Positions 14,195-28,273 of a DNA stretch of 64,000 nucleotides are shown one piece after another. Location of the stretch: NCBI RefSeq assembly GCF_038025025.1, contig NW_027117341.1, positions 1,550,001-1,614,000 of the forward strand, written 5' to 3'. A model generated the notes under the pieces. That model was not told where the DNA came from and made no database searches. It was given only the letters and a program-made list of their open reading frames with translations. Positions within the stretch are counted from its first letter, which is position 1. Each line of letters starts with the position of its first letter. The position numbers were made by a program, and so were the translations under genes. Source of the DNA: Phyllosticta citribraziliensis. Taxonomy: Eukaryota.

Positions 14195-14969
14195 TGTGGT
14201 CGAAGGTTGGTTGGGCTTGGCGCGGGGAGCTGATCACCCCCTTACCTGGCTACCTAGCTATGTAGCTAGCTATTCCGCAGTAAGTAGTTAGAGTTGGCCA
14301 AGCCGTGTAGAAGAAAGCTTGGATATGCACGCAGACAGACGATGACTGGATAGATACACCAGGCCAAGCCCTCTTTTATGCGCAGGCCCGCCGTGGGGTC
14401 CACGAACACGCCTAGCCGCATCTGTCCGCCTCTCTGCGTGGCCTCGTCGAGCAGAAGGACCGACACCGGCCGTTCGTGGTCTCATAAACCCCCCGGACGG
14501 CCGATGATAAGGAAATCTCGCTCGCTTGCGAGTTTGACAACCACCTAGCGACGGCGTGGGCGTGGGCAACACGTAAAACTGGACAGGCCTGTCGCGTGAG
14601 ATGGGACATGGGTACGTTGGTGCCTGCAGTTTTTCTGTCATTCTTGCCGCTTTTGTGAGTGAGACGTCTGCGGTCGACCGTTCGTACGGATGCTCCCCGT
14701 CAGTCAGGGGACGTGGCGGCGTATTGCCCGTGTCTGAGGTCATCAACGTCATCGTGCTCTGCTACAACAGTTTTATTTATACGGGCAGGCAAAGATCTTG
14801 CAATACCAATTGGTGCTAATTCTCGTTTTAAAAGACATTATCGTGACGCTATGCTAGTAACAGGAACCCCCAGTCGTTCCATCATGGTATCTGTGCCAAG
14901 GGCCTCTACCGGGCCCGTTGAATTCCGAAAACTCCCCGCTGGGATGCAGCATCGAAAAAAGAACCTCAA

Positions 14970-16361
14970 TCAGACATGGGTATCAGAACGAGGCGTCCTG
15001 GGCCTCTCCTCACTCTTCTTCCCTTCTTCAAGAGAGTTGGCAGTCGTTGGCCTTGCCGTCGTCTCGTCCTGGTCTCCTTTGATGAGTTTCTCCGCCCAGG
15101 CAGCACGTTCCTTCTCTTCAAAATCCTCTGCCTTGGCGCAGCGTACGCGCGTGGAAATCGCGGAGCCAACCACGCCGACGAGCCACCAGGAGAAGAGGAT
15201 GGGGAGGTTTCGGTAGGCGCGGTTGGAGCAGCCCTCGCTCCAAATGGTGATGAGCAACTCGTATGCATTGTGCGCCGGGAGCGCGTAACCCCAGTGGAAA
15301 AATCCCGGATTCAGTTCGAAAGGTTGGACGGTGGTGGTAATGTTGAGGATGACCCAGGTGATGACGATAAAGGGAATGGCTGCCAGAGGAGCAAAAGCCG
15401 TTGTAAATTCGAAGACGAGGAAGTGGATGTGCATCAACAGCCACAGCACCATCCACGTCAAGGCAAAGTCGCTTCCAGTGATTGCCCAAGTCTCTTTGTA
15501 GGTCCAAATGTATCCAGCCATGCAAAGGGCACCCACGAAGGTGTAGAGGAAAGCAAGACAGAAGCGAATGAGGAAGTTGTCGAGGCGTGGCAGGCGAGAG
15601 AGGAAGCGCATCTGCGCACTGATATTGTTGACTGCAAGGAGGAAGAAGAATTGGGCGATGATGGGCATAACCATGCCCGTAGTGTTGAACATGATTCGAC
15701 CGCCATTGGTCATGGGCTGAATCGGCGTAGTGGTTGGCTGGACAGGGTTCAAGAGAGCTTGTACGGCGGCCTGGTCGGTGGTGTTGAGGTATTGAAGGGC
15801 AGCTGTTCCATTCATGCCCTTGAAGACATTACCTGCCGCGACTCCAAGTTGCTGCAAGTTGGCCTCTACCAGGCTGGCCACGAAGGCTGGGTAGCGGACG
15901 GCGTTCCAGATGACGGTCATGGTGTCGCTGGCTTGGTACGAGGCTGCGGGTGCGCCGCCTCCCAAGGCTGACGACAAACGGGCGCTAGCACCTTGATGCG
16001 TGTAGAGAGCACCCCAGTAGTGTCCTTGGCAAACAGCATTACGAACGTCTTGAGGAGTCGCGTACTCGGATGCGCTGTGTATTTCGACGGTGGGAAAACC
16101 GGGTCCTTGCATTGAATCGTATGCGGCGGATACGGAGCGTCCGATGAGTCCTCCGTCAAAGTCGACCACCAGGGTTCGGAAGTTGTGAACTCTGGTAGAC
16201 TGCTTGTAAAAGGAACCATAAAGGTAGAGCATGTTCAGGAGGAAGAGCAGCTGCAGCAGTACAAACATGGCGATGCTCTGTATGGCAAACAGCTTGAACT
16301 TGCCCTGCCAGAAGGTATCATGGCGGACGACGCGGTTGCTGGAGCGTTTGAACAGGCTCAT
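14970..16361 (-). CDS. SNG1: SNG1-like nitrosoguanidine resistance membrane protein (DUF3533)
   Basis: 463-aa single ORF. YLYGS...VVDFDGGLIG, YWGALY, several C-terminal TM helices and PFELNPGFFHWGYALPAHNAY. Confidence 0.82.
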   Translation of the reverse strand: MSLFKRSSNRVVRHDTFWQGKFKLFAIQSIAMFVLLQLLFLLNMLYLYGSFYKQSTRVHNFRTLVVDFDGGLIGRSVSAAYDSMQGPGFPTVEIHSASEYATPQDVRNAVCQGHYWGALYTHQGASARLSSALGGGAPAASYQASDTMTVIWNAVRYPAFVASLVEANLQQLGVAAGNVFKGMNGTAALQYLNTTDQAAVQALLNPVQPTTTPIQPMTNGGRIMFNTTGMVMPIIAQFFFLLAVNNISAQMRFLSRLPRLDNFLIRFCLAFLYTFVGALCMAGYIWTYKETWAITGSDFALTWMVLWLLMHIHFLVFEFTTAFAPLAAIPFIVITWVILNITTTVQPFELNPGFFHWGYALPAHNAYELLITIWSEGCSNRAYRNLPILFSWWLVGVVGSAISTRVRCAKAEDFEEKERAAWAEKLIKGDQDETTARPTTANSLEEGKKSEERPRTPRSDTHV

Positions 16362-17631
16362 CTCGGCGGAAGTTTAGTCAAGTGCGGAGGTGACCAAGGC
16401 GCGAGGAGAGGAAAGTTGAGGATTGTATTGTGTCAACGCAAGGGAGATGGAGGAAACCCGAGCAACAGAACTAAATAAGAAGGACGGACCACCTTTTCAC
16501 ACAGCGTAAAAATGTGTGAAAACGAGCCAGGCGAGAAAAGCAAGAGCTCGGCCGAGGTTGAGCGGATCATGATTGTTTCTGTCTGCATCGCATGCGGCGG
16601 CGACAGGGGGCCGCAAACTGCCATGTCCATCTCGGTGGCCACGGCATCTGACGGCACCGTCGGGGCCAAAACTCCGCGCGCTCCGCCACGGCCTGCAACG
16701 TTAAGACGGCCATGCCCCTTGGCTTATTTTCCTCTCGGTGCTTCCAAATTCTTGTCCCATGTGCGCGCGTCGGTGCTTCCAAATTTTTTTACTTTTTTTC
16801 TTCCCATGTGCGCGCCTGAGCCACGTCTGAGTAGAGGCAGACTGTCATGCTCGGGCTTGCTGCGTGCGAGATCCGGTCAACCCGAACCTGGACGTCAGTT
16901 ACCGGGGCTGGCCATGGTACGTGCCTGGGAAAATAGATAGACGGCGCTTATTGGTGAACAGCGAGGGGCTGAGGCGTCGTCTACATGTCGGAGTGCGTGA
17001 TGATGCCAACATGCTCGTGGTCCTCGGCATGTGGGCGATGCGAGGTGTGCAATCACCGTGCGAATCCGAAGCCACTGTGGGTCACATATCACAGTCGGTC
17101 GGGAAGACGCCAGCTTGCGTCTTCCGAGTTGCAGCAGAGACCGGGAGGGTCGTGTTTGCTGTCGATGGCGTTGGATGATGCAGATGGACAAAGGGATGGA
17201 TGGGGGTTGATGGGCGTTGACGGGGCCAGGTCATCTCAACGCTGGTTGGATGACGGGTTTTGGTTTCGCGCCGGGGCGGCTGGCTCGCGTCGCGTGGGCA
17301 GAACCCAAACCTCTCCTCCACCATCCCCAACACAACCCTCCAGCCCACACTTTATACACTACGCCTCCCGCACCCGGTCCCCCTCAATCGAACGCACTTT
17401 CTCGCGTCTTTTCGACCAGACCACTAGACCAGCATTGCCTTTCCGACCTGCACATGTCACCGCCCGACTTGAAGCCCCTCGCCAAAACTCGACGCGTCCA
17501 GTAGCGCGTCCGCAGACCTGCCTCGAAGCACTGGACAGCACCCGCATCGCACCAGCTCGGCCCATAGCACTTGCATCCATCTTCTAGGCTGCGCCGACGC
17601 GTTAGTCTTGGAACATTCCATCTAGAGAGCC

Positions 17632-20228
17632 ATGTACCTACCCAGGTCTCTCATCGGACACCTCTACACGCATCTTTTGCACACCACGCACCCGCTTTCT
17701 TCGCCAGCCCTCCTCCTCGTCTCCCTCGAACCGGACGCGCTATGTGCCTGTCGCATACTTACGGCCCTTCTGAAGCGCGACTACATTCCCCACAAAATTC
17801 AACCTATATCGGGCTACAATGACCTCGCTCGCGCCGGCCAAGAGCTGGTACGGCCCATGCGCACGACAGATGGAGGCAGTGGAGGTGCCGTCATTTGCCT
17901 GGGTGTCGGTGGGCTCGTGGATCTGGAAAACTTGCTGGGGCTCGAAGAAGAGGATGGTGGCGCCAGCTACGGAGGTGTCGAAATATGGGTCATGGACGCC
18001 AGGCGGCCGTGGAACCTGAGCAACGTATTCGGAGGAAGAGGCGACGCTCTACCGGAAGAAAACGACTTGCCGACCCGAATTCCTGGCGTGGACCGTGGAA
18101 AACTTTCAAGAATGTACAGGCCAGGAAAGGGCGGTATAGTTGTGTTTGACGACGGCGACGTGGACGAAGAGATGGAACGAGAACGAGAAGCGTACTGCGC
18201 CCTTGAGCAAATGCCCGAGCTTGGTGATGACGACCTCGAAGATGAGAGCGATCTGGATGAGGATGCCGCCGAGGACGAAGCACCAACATCTGGACAGGCG
18301 GGACGAAAAAGGAAAGCATGGGATGACGAGGAAGAAGACACGGAAGACGAAAGTCGTCCTGCTCAGCGACGCAGAGGCAACTCGGTACGTTATCAGATGC
18401 TTTGTTTTGCTATCAAAGCTAACTCTGCCAGTCATCACCCATTCCATCCTCTCCATCTCGACCGCCCAGGCGCGGATTGGCCATTTTAGGACATTCGTCT
18501 GATTTTTCACGCTCCGATTCAATAGACCGTTCGTCTCCTCCTATCCAAGTCGCAGTACAGCCCTCTGCCAAAAAGCTTCGACGACAACTGCTCAAGCTTC
18601 GCGCTCAGCACAACAAAGTCTTGGAAAATTACTACTCCTTAGGAACATCGTACTCGGAACCCATCTCGTCCATTGCATACAGCCTCGCTTCTGAGCTCGG
18701 GCGGGAAGACAACGACCTTCTCTGGCAAGCCATTGTTGGCGTCAGTAGCCTGGAGCTCTACGGCCGCACCCCTACCGGACTGGGTCTTTCGTCCTCCCCG
18801 AAAGGCTGGCATGGCTCTCGAGGCGACCAAATCAGAGCACTTCTTCAAGATGAAGTTCGCCGCCTTAACCCCTTGGACCTCAAAGACATGACCAGAGAAG
18901 CAAATCTAGGCGAATCCGGTGGCGTTATTCCTACGCACGCAAGATCACCTACAGACAATTCTATTCGGCTCTCGCCAGAGCCTCGATTTTTACTGATACG
19001 GCATTGGAGTTTATACGACAGTATGCTTCATTCGCCGTACTTGTGTGCGAAGCTGCGCATATGGACAGATGTTGGACGCCGGCGACTGCACAAGCTGCTC
19101 GCAAAAATGGGCGTGAGCCTTTCTCAGTGCAAACAAAATTACACGCACATGGACATGGACCTCAAGCGCAATCTGCGGGAGAAACTTCTCCAATTTGCAC
19201 CCGTATATGGATTGGACGGTCTTGTGCCTGGCGCAACAAATAAGGGCGCCGGCAAGGAGGGCTGGGGATTTGTGAGGTGCTGGGGCTGGAAGGCATGTCT
19301 CTCGGCGATTGACGTCGGTGTGATTTTGGGTGCGATCCTCGAGGTCGGATCCAGCATCAGCAACACGTCTGGGAGCTCTTCCCCACCTCTACCACCAACT
19401 CCTCGATCTCTCGACTCGCAGTCCAACATTAACTCGAGCGATCAGTCCAAGAATGACGAAGAGGCTGCCCAGGACGCCATCACATCAAGGTTCTGGCTCG
19501 CATATGATGCACTGACCTCGCCCAATCTACTGACGCAACACGTCTCAATTGCACAGCATCTGCATCGCGCCATACTGCGCACTGGCACTGCCCTCATTGC
19601 AAAGCAACAGCTGCGCCACCTGCGAGCCTTTCGAATGACGATAGTCAAGGACGGCCCTGATGTCCCGCTCTTTGCACACCCAGGCGCGCTAGTCAAGCTG
19701 GCATTGTGGCTGCAGGAGGCTGTGCAGGAGATGGAAGGCAAAAGAGGAAAGAGCAGTGGCAGTGAGCTTGTAATAGCTGGCTTGGACGAGCCAAGAGGCG
19801 TCTACGTGGTCGTCGGACTGGGAGGAGGGGGCACAACGGTGCAGAGCAAGGAAAAGGAAAAGAGAAGGGTTGAGAAGCAAAAGCAAAAGATTGAAAAGCG
19901 CGAGGCTCGACGGCTCGAAAAAGCAGCGAGTAAACAACGCGAAGTCGAGCGCCGACTCGCCAACGGCGAAGACGTGGATGAGGACGATGAAGACGTCGAC
20001 ACCGAGGAAGACGACAGCAGTGACAGCGAGAGCGAGGACGAGGTGGAAGAGGACGACCAGAGAAAAGGGGCAAGGCGGAACCGGTTTGGCATCGCCTTTC
20101 AGGAAGTCATCGAGGAGACTGGCGCGCGCGTCAAGGTGGACAGTTTCGACCACTGCGTCGTCGAAGTGCGGAAGGAGGACCTAAGCGGTTTCTTGGAGCA
20201 GCTGAGTCTAAAGGCGATTGTTGGATAG
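17632..20228 (+). CDS. CDC45: DNA replication initiation factor Cdc45 (2 exons)
   Basis: LEPDALCACRILTALLKRDYIPHKIQPISGY, DARRPWNLSN, LIRHWSLYDSM, LHKLLAKMG and RNRFGIAFQEV. Intron 18385-18431. Confidence 0.96.
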
Positions 20229-21370
20229 GCCAAGACGCGGAAGGAGGTCTGCAAGAGGCTCGATCACGACAAGGCATGGCCAAGACATGGTGTTGCGGTG
20301 GTTTTCCGGGTGAGTTTTTCAGCACTTTACGCTTATACCATGATATGGCTAGACCCCGGGCGAGGGGCATGTGGCATTTGCATCTGCATCCACTGTGGAG
20401 ATTAGTTAGGTGCAGACAGGTGCATATTGATCCCTATTTCTCCCGCCTTTTGCGCATGGATTCGTGGCGGTAAGGATTTCAAGACCCTTGCGACTAAACC
20501 CGTCGTAGGTAAAAGGCCTCGAAGGATGACTTTCGTCGAGGCGTTGATTGACGGCAGGAATGACACCGGCCCGGCTGCTGCATCTCAAGCTTCTTGGATA
20601 GCACCGTTGTTAGCTGCACTAACGTCTCTGCGCCACCTGCCAGCTTTACTACACGCCTCGTTTGATTGGACGCGTACGCAGGTAGCTCGTTGCTCTAGCC
20701 CAGCCATCCATCTGGTGATGGGCGTTGCGTCGTATCGATCGTTCCCTCCTCGAGGTCGACACGCCCAGTAGCAATCATGTTCCTGGCAGCCGGTCAGCCA
20801 ACCCGTCGAAGGAGTCGAGCTGGGCGATTCCTAGCCCACGGTGCACAGCTCCCGTCTGCAAGCAGAGATCGCCGCAGCCAACACCAAAGTCGACACTGAA
20901 GACTGCTGACCCCCTCTTTTGGCGCAATGACGCCAGACCCGCCAAGGCAGACCGGCGGCATGCTCGAGACACAAACGACGGACCGCCCCAAACAGGCATG
21001 ATACGACAAACGGATCAAGCGAGTAAACACGTTCAGAAGAAGGGCAGTGCGCCGGCGAAGTCGACGTCTTCTCGGCGCGGCGATGGGCCGGTAGCGTGCG
21101 CGCATACGTGCATGATCTGAGCAAGCACTGCCTCGTCTCTGTCTGTCTGTCCCCTTGAAGCCAGCGAGCCAGCGAGCCAGCACCTGAGCCGCTGGACAAG
21201 ACGCTAGAGGATGCATGCACTACCACTATCTCTGAGGTGCCTTCTTGGCCTCGTCCCGCTCGCGCGTGGTTTGGTTTGGTTTCAAACTTTTATACTCATG
21301 TCCCTCGCCTGTTGTCGAGCGGAATGGGAAAATAGACGAGAGAAGAAACCTACGCCTGCTTCCCGCCGTC

Positions 21371-23337
21371 ATGGCTTTCAAGTCTTCGATACAACCGGGC
21401 GCAGAGATGCAGGAGAAGACGACGACGACCAGCGACTTGACACACATCACCAGCGTGGCGTCGACCACGACGACGATCGCAGCAACACCGTATCCACCGC
21501 TCTCGATGAAAGACGAAGGGCCCCTGAACGCTCCCACAACACAAACCACCCCCTCCGACAACGACGGCGACGACGATGGCGACGAGGCCCTCGCCTTCTT
21601 GACAAACCACCCGCGGCGGCGCGAGATCTTCGCCGAGGCGCGCGCCATCCTGGACGACGACGCGGCGCGGGCGGCGCTGGTGCGCAAGATCGACTGGAAC
21701 ATTGCGCCGCTGCTGTGCTGCGTGTATTTCCTGCAGTTCCTGGACAAGAACACCATCAGCTACACGAGCGTCATGGGGATGCGGCAGGACACGCACATGA
21801 AGGGGCAGCAGTACAATACCATCAGCATGCTGTTCTATGCCAGTAAGTGGGCTGGTGGTGTTTACCCCTATCTGTCTTTTTGGGCTGCGGACTGATAGAG
21901 TGACGACGGACAGGCTACATGGTCTTCGAGTTTCCCACGCAGTACCTCGCGCAGCGCTTCAACCGCGTCAGCCTGTACATGGGCGTGAACATCATGCTGT
22001 GGGGTATCGTGCTGGGCTGCCACGCGGCGGCGACGTCGTTCGGGGCGCTGGCCGTGCTGCGCACGCTGCTCGGCGTCTTCGAAGCGTGCATCCCTCCGTT
22101 GTTAGTTTTGATAGTCGCAATGTGTCAGGCTCAATCCACCTGATCTTTTCTTCAACGGCTACTAACGTGCCACAGGGTACCGCAAGGAAGAGCAGGGCCG
22201 CCGCATCTCGTGGTTCTACGTGTGCAACAGCGTCACCAAGATCTTTGGTGGCCTGGTCGCGTACGGCATCAGCTACGTGCAGGGCGCCATGGCGACGTGG
22301 CGAATCTTTTTCCTCGCGATTGGGTTGGCGACTGTGGCGACGGGGTGGGCCGTTTGTGTTTGGTTGCCCGATAGCCCCGTGCAGGCGCGGCGGTTTAGGG
22401 ATGCGGAGAAGGTCGCAGTGTTATTGCGGATCAGGGATAATCAGAGGTAGGTGGTGGATCACCCCCTGAACCCCCTGATTTGCGGATAGGTACTGACGCG
22501 CGGGACTTGACAGCGGCACGCAGAACAAGCACCTCAAGCGCGACCAAGTCGTCGAAGCCTTCACCGACGTGCGCGTGTGGCTCATGTGTCTAAGCATGAT
22601 GCTCATCGCCATACCCAACGGCGGCATCGCAAACTTCAACAACATCCTGCTGACGACATTGTGCGCACCCCTCCCCCCATCCCGCCACAAATACCACCAA
22701 GCTAACCTCGCCTCCCTCCCACAGCGGCTACAGCAACCGCGAAGCCCTCGCCTTCGACGCGCCAACCGGCCTCATCAGCGGCATCTTTATCCTGGCCCTC
22801 GGCCACCTCAGCGACCGCCACAACAACCGCAGCACCATCACCATCCTCTGCCTACTCCCCACCATCGCCGCCGGCTTCCTTATGTTCTACCTCGTTGACC
22901 CGTCGACCGGCCACCCGCGCTCCAAACCGCTCCTCCTCCTCGCCTCCCTCCTCTCGGGCTCCTACAACGCCTCGTTCATGATCCTGCTCGCCTGGAGCGC
23001 CAGCAACGTCGCCGGCCACAGCAAAAAGGTCACCGTCAATGCGCTGGCCCTCGTCTGCCTGAGCTTGGGCAGTATACTCGGCACGCAGACTTTCCGCGCC
23101 ACGCAGAAGCCCGTCTATGCGGCGGGCAAGCTGACGATTATTGTGTGCCTGCTGGCCGATTGCGTCGTGCTGGCCGCGCTGCAGTGGTGCAACGGCCGCC
23201 GCAATCGGCAGAACGAGAAGGTAAGGAGGGAGTTGGGCGTCGTGGAGGGCGGGCCGGAGTGGAGGCGGGAGGTCGAGAGGGCCGCGTGGGGCGATGTTAG
23301 TGATGGGCGGAATGTGTTTTTTAGGTATACGCGGTAA
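21371..23337 (+). CDS. MFS transporter, allantoate permease (DAL5/ACS) family, multi-exon
   Basis: LVRKIDWNIAPLLCCVYFLQFLDK, FEFPTQYLAQRF, LRTLLGVFEA, WLPDSPVQARRF, SNVAGHSKK and terminal D(V)SD..N..FRYT. Confidence 0.9.
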
Positions 23338-23919
23338 AAGTGAGGAGGATGACGAGGGAAAAGCGAGAGGTTCGAAATGTTTCCTAGGCGTCTGGTTGGT
23401 TGGTTGGATGGTTCGTCGGATGGCCTTCTCGCTGATAGCGTTTACGGAAGGCGAGCAATAGGCTGTCAACTCTGTACATACATACCCAACAGCCTTTTAC
23501 AGTAGGTAGTCTTTTCCATGGATACCTACCTACCTCCCTACCTCCATCACATGCCGCTGTGCTCCGCCTATCACTCTGCACCTCAATTCTTCCCTGGGAA
23601 AACCATCCAGTGCTGTTACTGTTCCTGCTAAGTCAATTGAGTCCAGCTGTCCATCGGTGAAGCGAAATATGCCTCTTTCAGGATGCCAGGCCTGAGCCGC
23701 ATGCCCGAGGTCTAGTAGCAAAGTTGAAACACATGTGACGAAGTTGGAGAGCAGAAAAGGAGAATGCGAACGCTCTGTCAGATATGCGCAAGGAGCATTC
23801 TAGTACCTTCTAGACAGACTCCTTTCAATGGTAGCCCGGCCTCAGCAAATGACTACCTACTCGAACCTGAAAGCGATTTCGTCCACCGGATCTAGAATAG
23901 ACCTCCCTTGTGAAGTTGG

Positions 23920-25210
23920 TTAGTTGATGATTGCTGATTGCCTTTCGAGGTGACGGCGGTGTGAGTCTTGCAAAGCAGATGGGATTGTCTCGACGATTCT
24001 TGAAAGAGACTCGTTGAGCTCGGTAAAAGGCCGGGCGTTCTGACAGAGACCATAGTGACCTTTGCTAGAAGAGTGACAAATCTGCATGTTTATGAGCTTA
24101 TCAAGAAGCTCGTTGACGCTGAACGGCAGTTCGGCCACTTTCATCTTCTCAAGGCGAAGTCCAGCCTTCTTCAGAGAGAGGACCAATGACCCCAAGACCC
24201 TCATGTCGCAATCAGGCCCACACAAGCGCCGGTTCAGGGACGTGGAAGGGGTGATGCACTTGTCCAAACAAGCATAGAGAAGGTTGAGTATTTGTGCAAT
24301 GGTCTTTTGTCGCTCCTTGAGAATGCTTTCTGTTTTGGTTAGCATAGAATAAGGCACAGAGAATGGATCAGACACTGTGCTCACCGATGATGCCAGGAGG
24401 CAAAAGGCAGTATGATGAAAGTGGGAAAATTTCACCTTCCGCATAGCACTTGCCATCCTGAACGCGTACAGTCTTTACCAAGTGAGATACAAGACACTCA
24501 AACAAGGATGTCTGTCCAAGTTCCCATGCAACCCAAAGCCAACTTTCATGCCCAAGGGTGATTATGCATTGTTCGTGTTGGGAGATCCATGCTTTGGCCC
24601 ACGGTCGGAGAAGGTGCGTTGCCCCGTATTTATCGGTCAATCTCGTGAGCTCCACCAGCTGGCTGAAGGTAAGAGACGATGGAACTTCCTTGAACCGTAG
24701 ATGCGCAATGTTCAGCAGAACGGCCATGCTGAAGGCATCATCATCCGGGAAAGGAACCACGCGTTCGGTAGCGGATGAGGATTCTGCGGCTTGGGATTCT
24801 CGAAAGGGCCCATTGAGCATAGCGTACCAGGCATCGCAAGCGGACGACATGGCCCTTGACGAAACGACAAAAATCTTTGTGTATTGGACCCCTCCAATAA
24901 TGTCTGCCTTCACCTCAAGTCGTAAATCACCCCGTTGATCAAACACAACTTCTGGATCTGCGGACCTGGCGACACCTGATGCACCGCCATTTTGGGTTGT
25001 AAAGTCGAACGAAGATCTTATGGGTACGGGATTGGCAATAGGGGCCATCGCAGGGCCGCCGAACAAGGATTGGTTGGGAGCCGGGCTTGCGTTCTGAGTA
25101 GTCGAAGCAGGGGTCGGAGGACCTGGCGTGGGAGAGCTCGAAGACGTGGGAGTGCTGAGGTTGTTCGGATTTCCGCCACCGAATGATCCGGAAGGCGTTG
25201 CTTGAGCCAT
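23920..25210 (-). CDS. BTB/POZ-like domain protein, paralogue 1 (2 exons)
   Basis: FDQRGDLRLEV, FVVSSRAMSSACDAWYAMLNGPFRES, FPDDDAFSMAVLLNIAHLRF, LTDKYGAT and WLWVAWELG. Intron after LPPGII (~24384-24330). C-terminal IPSAL..HRRHLERQ. Confidence 0.8.
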
Positions 25211-25789
25211 GTTGTAACCAATGGACGTGGACGAAATGTTTGCTGGCCTGCGCGGATGGAAACAGAAGCTTTGCCGCCAACGAACGAAGGCGTTGTTGTT
25301 TGGGCAGCGCTTAATGACGCGACCGGCGTTGACGCGGCGACACGTGATCCTTACTAAGCCTATTAAGCGAGACCCAGGTCCGGTCGTCGTGTCACGACAA
25401 CAGAACATCTGGGAAGTGACAACAACAGGCACTCTGAAGCCGACTGGAGGTGAATTCCTCCCAGGCTCTCATCAAAAATCTGACTCTGTTGACGTCTGGA
25501 CATCACGACAGAAATGCCATGCTCGCCATTAAGTGACGAATGCCAACGCGACGACGCGCTTCCCTTACTATTTTGGGCATCTCCAAGCGGACAACCTTGT
25601 TTGCAGGGACACAGGGTGTACAAACCGAGCGGTGCGACGCGCGCAGCGGGGCTTGGACTTCCCGCTCCCCGCAAATCCAATCTGGCTTCAAGCTTCGTAT
25701 AAAATCGAAAGCTGCCACATGAGGCAACACCCTTCTCAAGCATCTCAAAGCGATCGCATCGGGTCCGGCCCGAAAGCAAAACCCCGGCG

Positions 25790-27402
25790 ATGGACTTCGT
25801 CTTGACCCCTGTCTTCAACTTCCTCAAGACAATCTGGACCGGTATCAGAGAGTTCGTCAGGCTCAACTCGGGCTACATTGAGATACTGGTGCGCGCCAGT
25901 CAAAAACCTGGCCTGCCTGTCTTGTCACCAACTCGGCCGTATTGGCTTGAAAACCCGCCTTTCCCTAACCTTGTGAACATCCGATCGGATCGCTTTCCCC
26001 CTGAAGCCGACATTGTCGTCATTGGCAGCGGTATCACGGGTGTCGCTGTCGCAAGAACGCTACTTCTTGAAGCAGAGAGGAAGAAAGAAACAAAGCGAGT
26101 CGTGGTTTTGGAGGCACGCCAGATTTGCAGCGGAGCTACAGGTCGAAACGGCGGACACATCAAGGCTCCAACGTACGATGGGTTGGCACTTTTGAGGAGG
26201 CGGTTTAGCGTCCAAAGAGCATCCGAGTTGGTGAGGTTCCAAGCAAAACATCTGGAAGTCTTAACCAGGCTCTGTCAGCAAGAAAAGATTGATGTCGCGG
26301 AATGCCGCGAAGTTGAGACTGTCGACCTCTTCCTGGATGAGGATATGTTCGGAAAGGCGCAGAAGCAAGTCGAGGACTGCAGACATATTGTCCCAGAAAT
26401 CCCATTCAAGATTTGGAGAGAAGAAAAAGCCAAGGAGGTAAGGGAAACCCCCCTTTGTTGGTGCTTAATTGACGAACTTTTAAGAATTTTCACGTTGGCG
26501 ACCATGTCTGTGGAGCAATCTCTTACAAAGCTGGCGCCCTCTGGCCTTACCGGTTCGTGACCTCAATCTGGAACGACCTCACAACACGGTTTCCAACAAG
26601 TCTATCTATCGAAACCAATACACCGGTAGAATCCATTGATGTTGACAAAGCGAACGCAAATCCTTTCAGAGTTCTCACTCCAAGAGGAGAGCTGCGCTGC
26701 CGTCATGTCGTCCACGCAAACAACGCCTTTGCCAGCCACCTTATCCCAGGGTTGAAAAGCAAGATGACCGGCTTGAGAGCTCACATGTCTGCGCAAAGAC
26801 CAGGGACAGAGTTCGAGGACTGCGAGGGCAACCGTTCTTGGAGCATCATCTACAACAACGGATTCGACTACATGACGCAACGTCCATCTTCCGAGGCCGG
26901 TCCTGGCGACCTGATGATCGGTGGTGGTTTCTTCCGCTCCCCTAAGGCAGGACTGGACCAATTCGGCATCTGGGACGATAGAAAGCTCGAGCCCATGACT
27001 TCGACGCATTTGAATGGCATTTTGCCCACTGTTTTCGGTGCCCACTGGGGCCCCGATGCACGCGAGGCGCGTCTCAAGCAAATATGGTCTGGAATCATTT
27101 GCTACACCGCAGACATCCTTCCATACGTCGGCAAGCTGGATCCTCGTCTGACGAGCCGGAAAACGAAGCAGAAAGATGCCGCGGAGTGGATCTCTGCGGG
27201 CTACCATGGCGATGGCATGGTCCAGGCCTGGCTCTGTGGAACAGCTCTCGGCTTGATGATGTCAGACTCGGAGAACGAGGTTCTTGAAGAGCGACCGGGC
27301 ATTCCGGGTGGTCTATTGGCGGAGTGGTTTCCACCCGAGATGCGCATCACCTACAAGCGCATTAAAAGGGCAAATCTTGCCGACATTGCGGACGAGATTT
27401 GA
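25790..27402 (+). CDS. FAD-dependent oxidoreductase (DAO / PuuB-like family), 2 exons
   Basis: ADIVVIGSGITG Rossmann motif, VVLEARQICSGATGRNGGH, VVHANNAF, FDYMTQRP, WSGIICYTADILPYVG and AGYHGDGM. Intron ~26438-26484. Confidence 0.9.
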
Positions 27403-28273
27403 GCGACAGTATTCATCGCAAACACGAACATGGCAAGCAAGAATCGGTAGAGATGAGAGCGTTCTGAATGTGCATCGGGCTGGAAGTTTGAACAGAGCAG
27501 GGACTCTTTTCTAATGTGTTGGTGAGCTGATCGGTTTTATTCTTGCTTTTCTCCATTCCCTCTGAGATTTGTCTTTCAACGTGGCCCAAGCGGATCATGG
27601 TGGACTTTTGACAATAGAAACAGAAAGATCGGGGAGCAGTATTAGTCTCCGCAAGCTATTGATTTTGCGCACTTCTGACCAGACCTACGCCTCAGAATCT
27701 CGTGTTCAACTGAATCACGCCACAGGACTGCGAGTCTTTCACGAGCAGGAAGTCGGCACAATTGTACTACCAGCAACGCCCCCTCTACGATAGGATCACC
27801 ACACTATTTCGCGTTCCTGAAACGCAAACTTCCCACTTAACACCATAACTAAGACGCGCAGAGCCCAATAGCGCCATCTCGTGGCACCACGCAGGCCCGC
27901 ACGTGGCGAGGCGAAGCCGAAGAGCCGAAGACAGCCTCACCAGCCACAAAAGTGCTTCACCTGCTCACGGTGGAACATTGGAGCCAGGAAAACGTAAAGA
28001 AGAAAGACTTTATTGCGGCTGGTGCTACCGAGGCTGCGAGACGGATTCGAGAACAACAACCACGACGCGCCGTCGCCGAAGACGCACGTCCAGAAACCCC
28101 ACGATGGATTCCACAGGCTAAGTACAATTTGTCCGCCCTATGCAACAAAAAGAATGATTGGCTGCGTTCCCGGCTCGCTCAACGTCCGGCGCTGCTGAAA
28201 GTCGTGACCTGCTTTTGGTCAGTGATATCTCTCTGGCTCTTCGACAGCTTTAACTAACCTGGCGACAGGTCCT

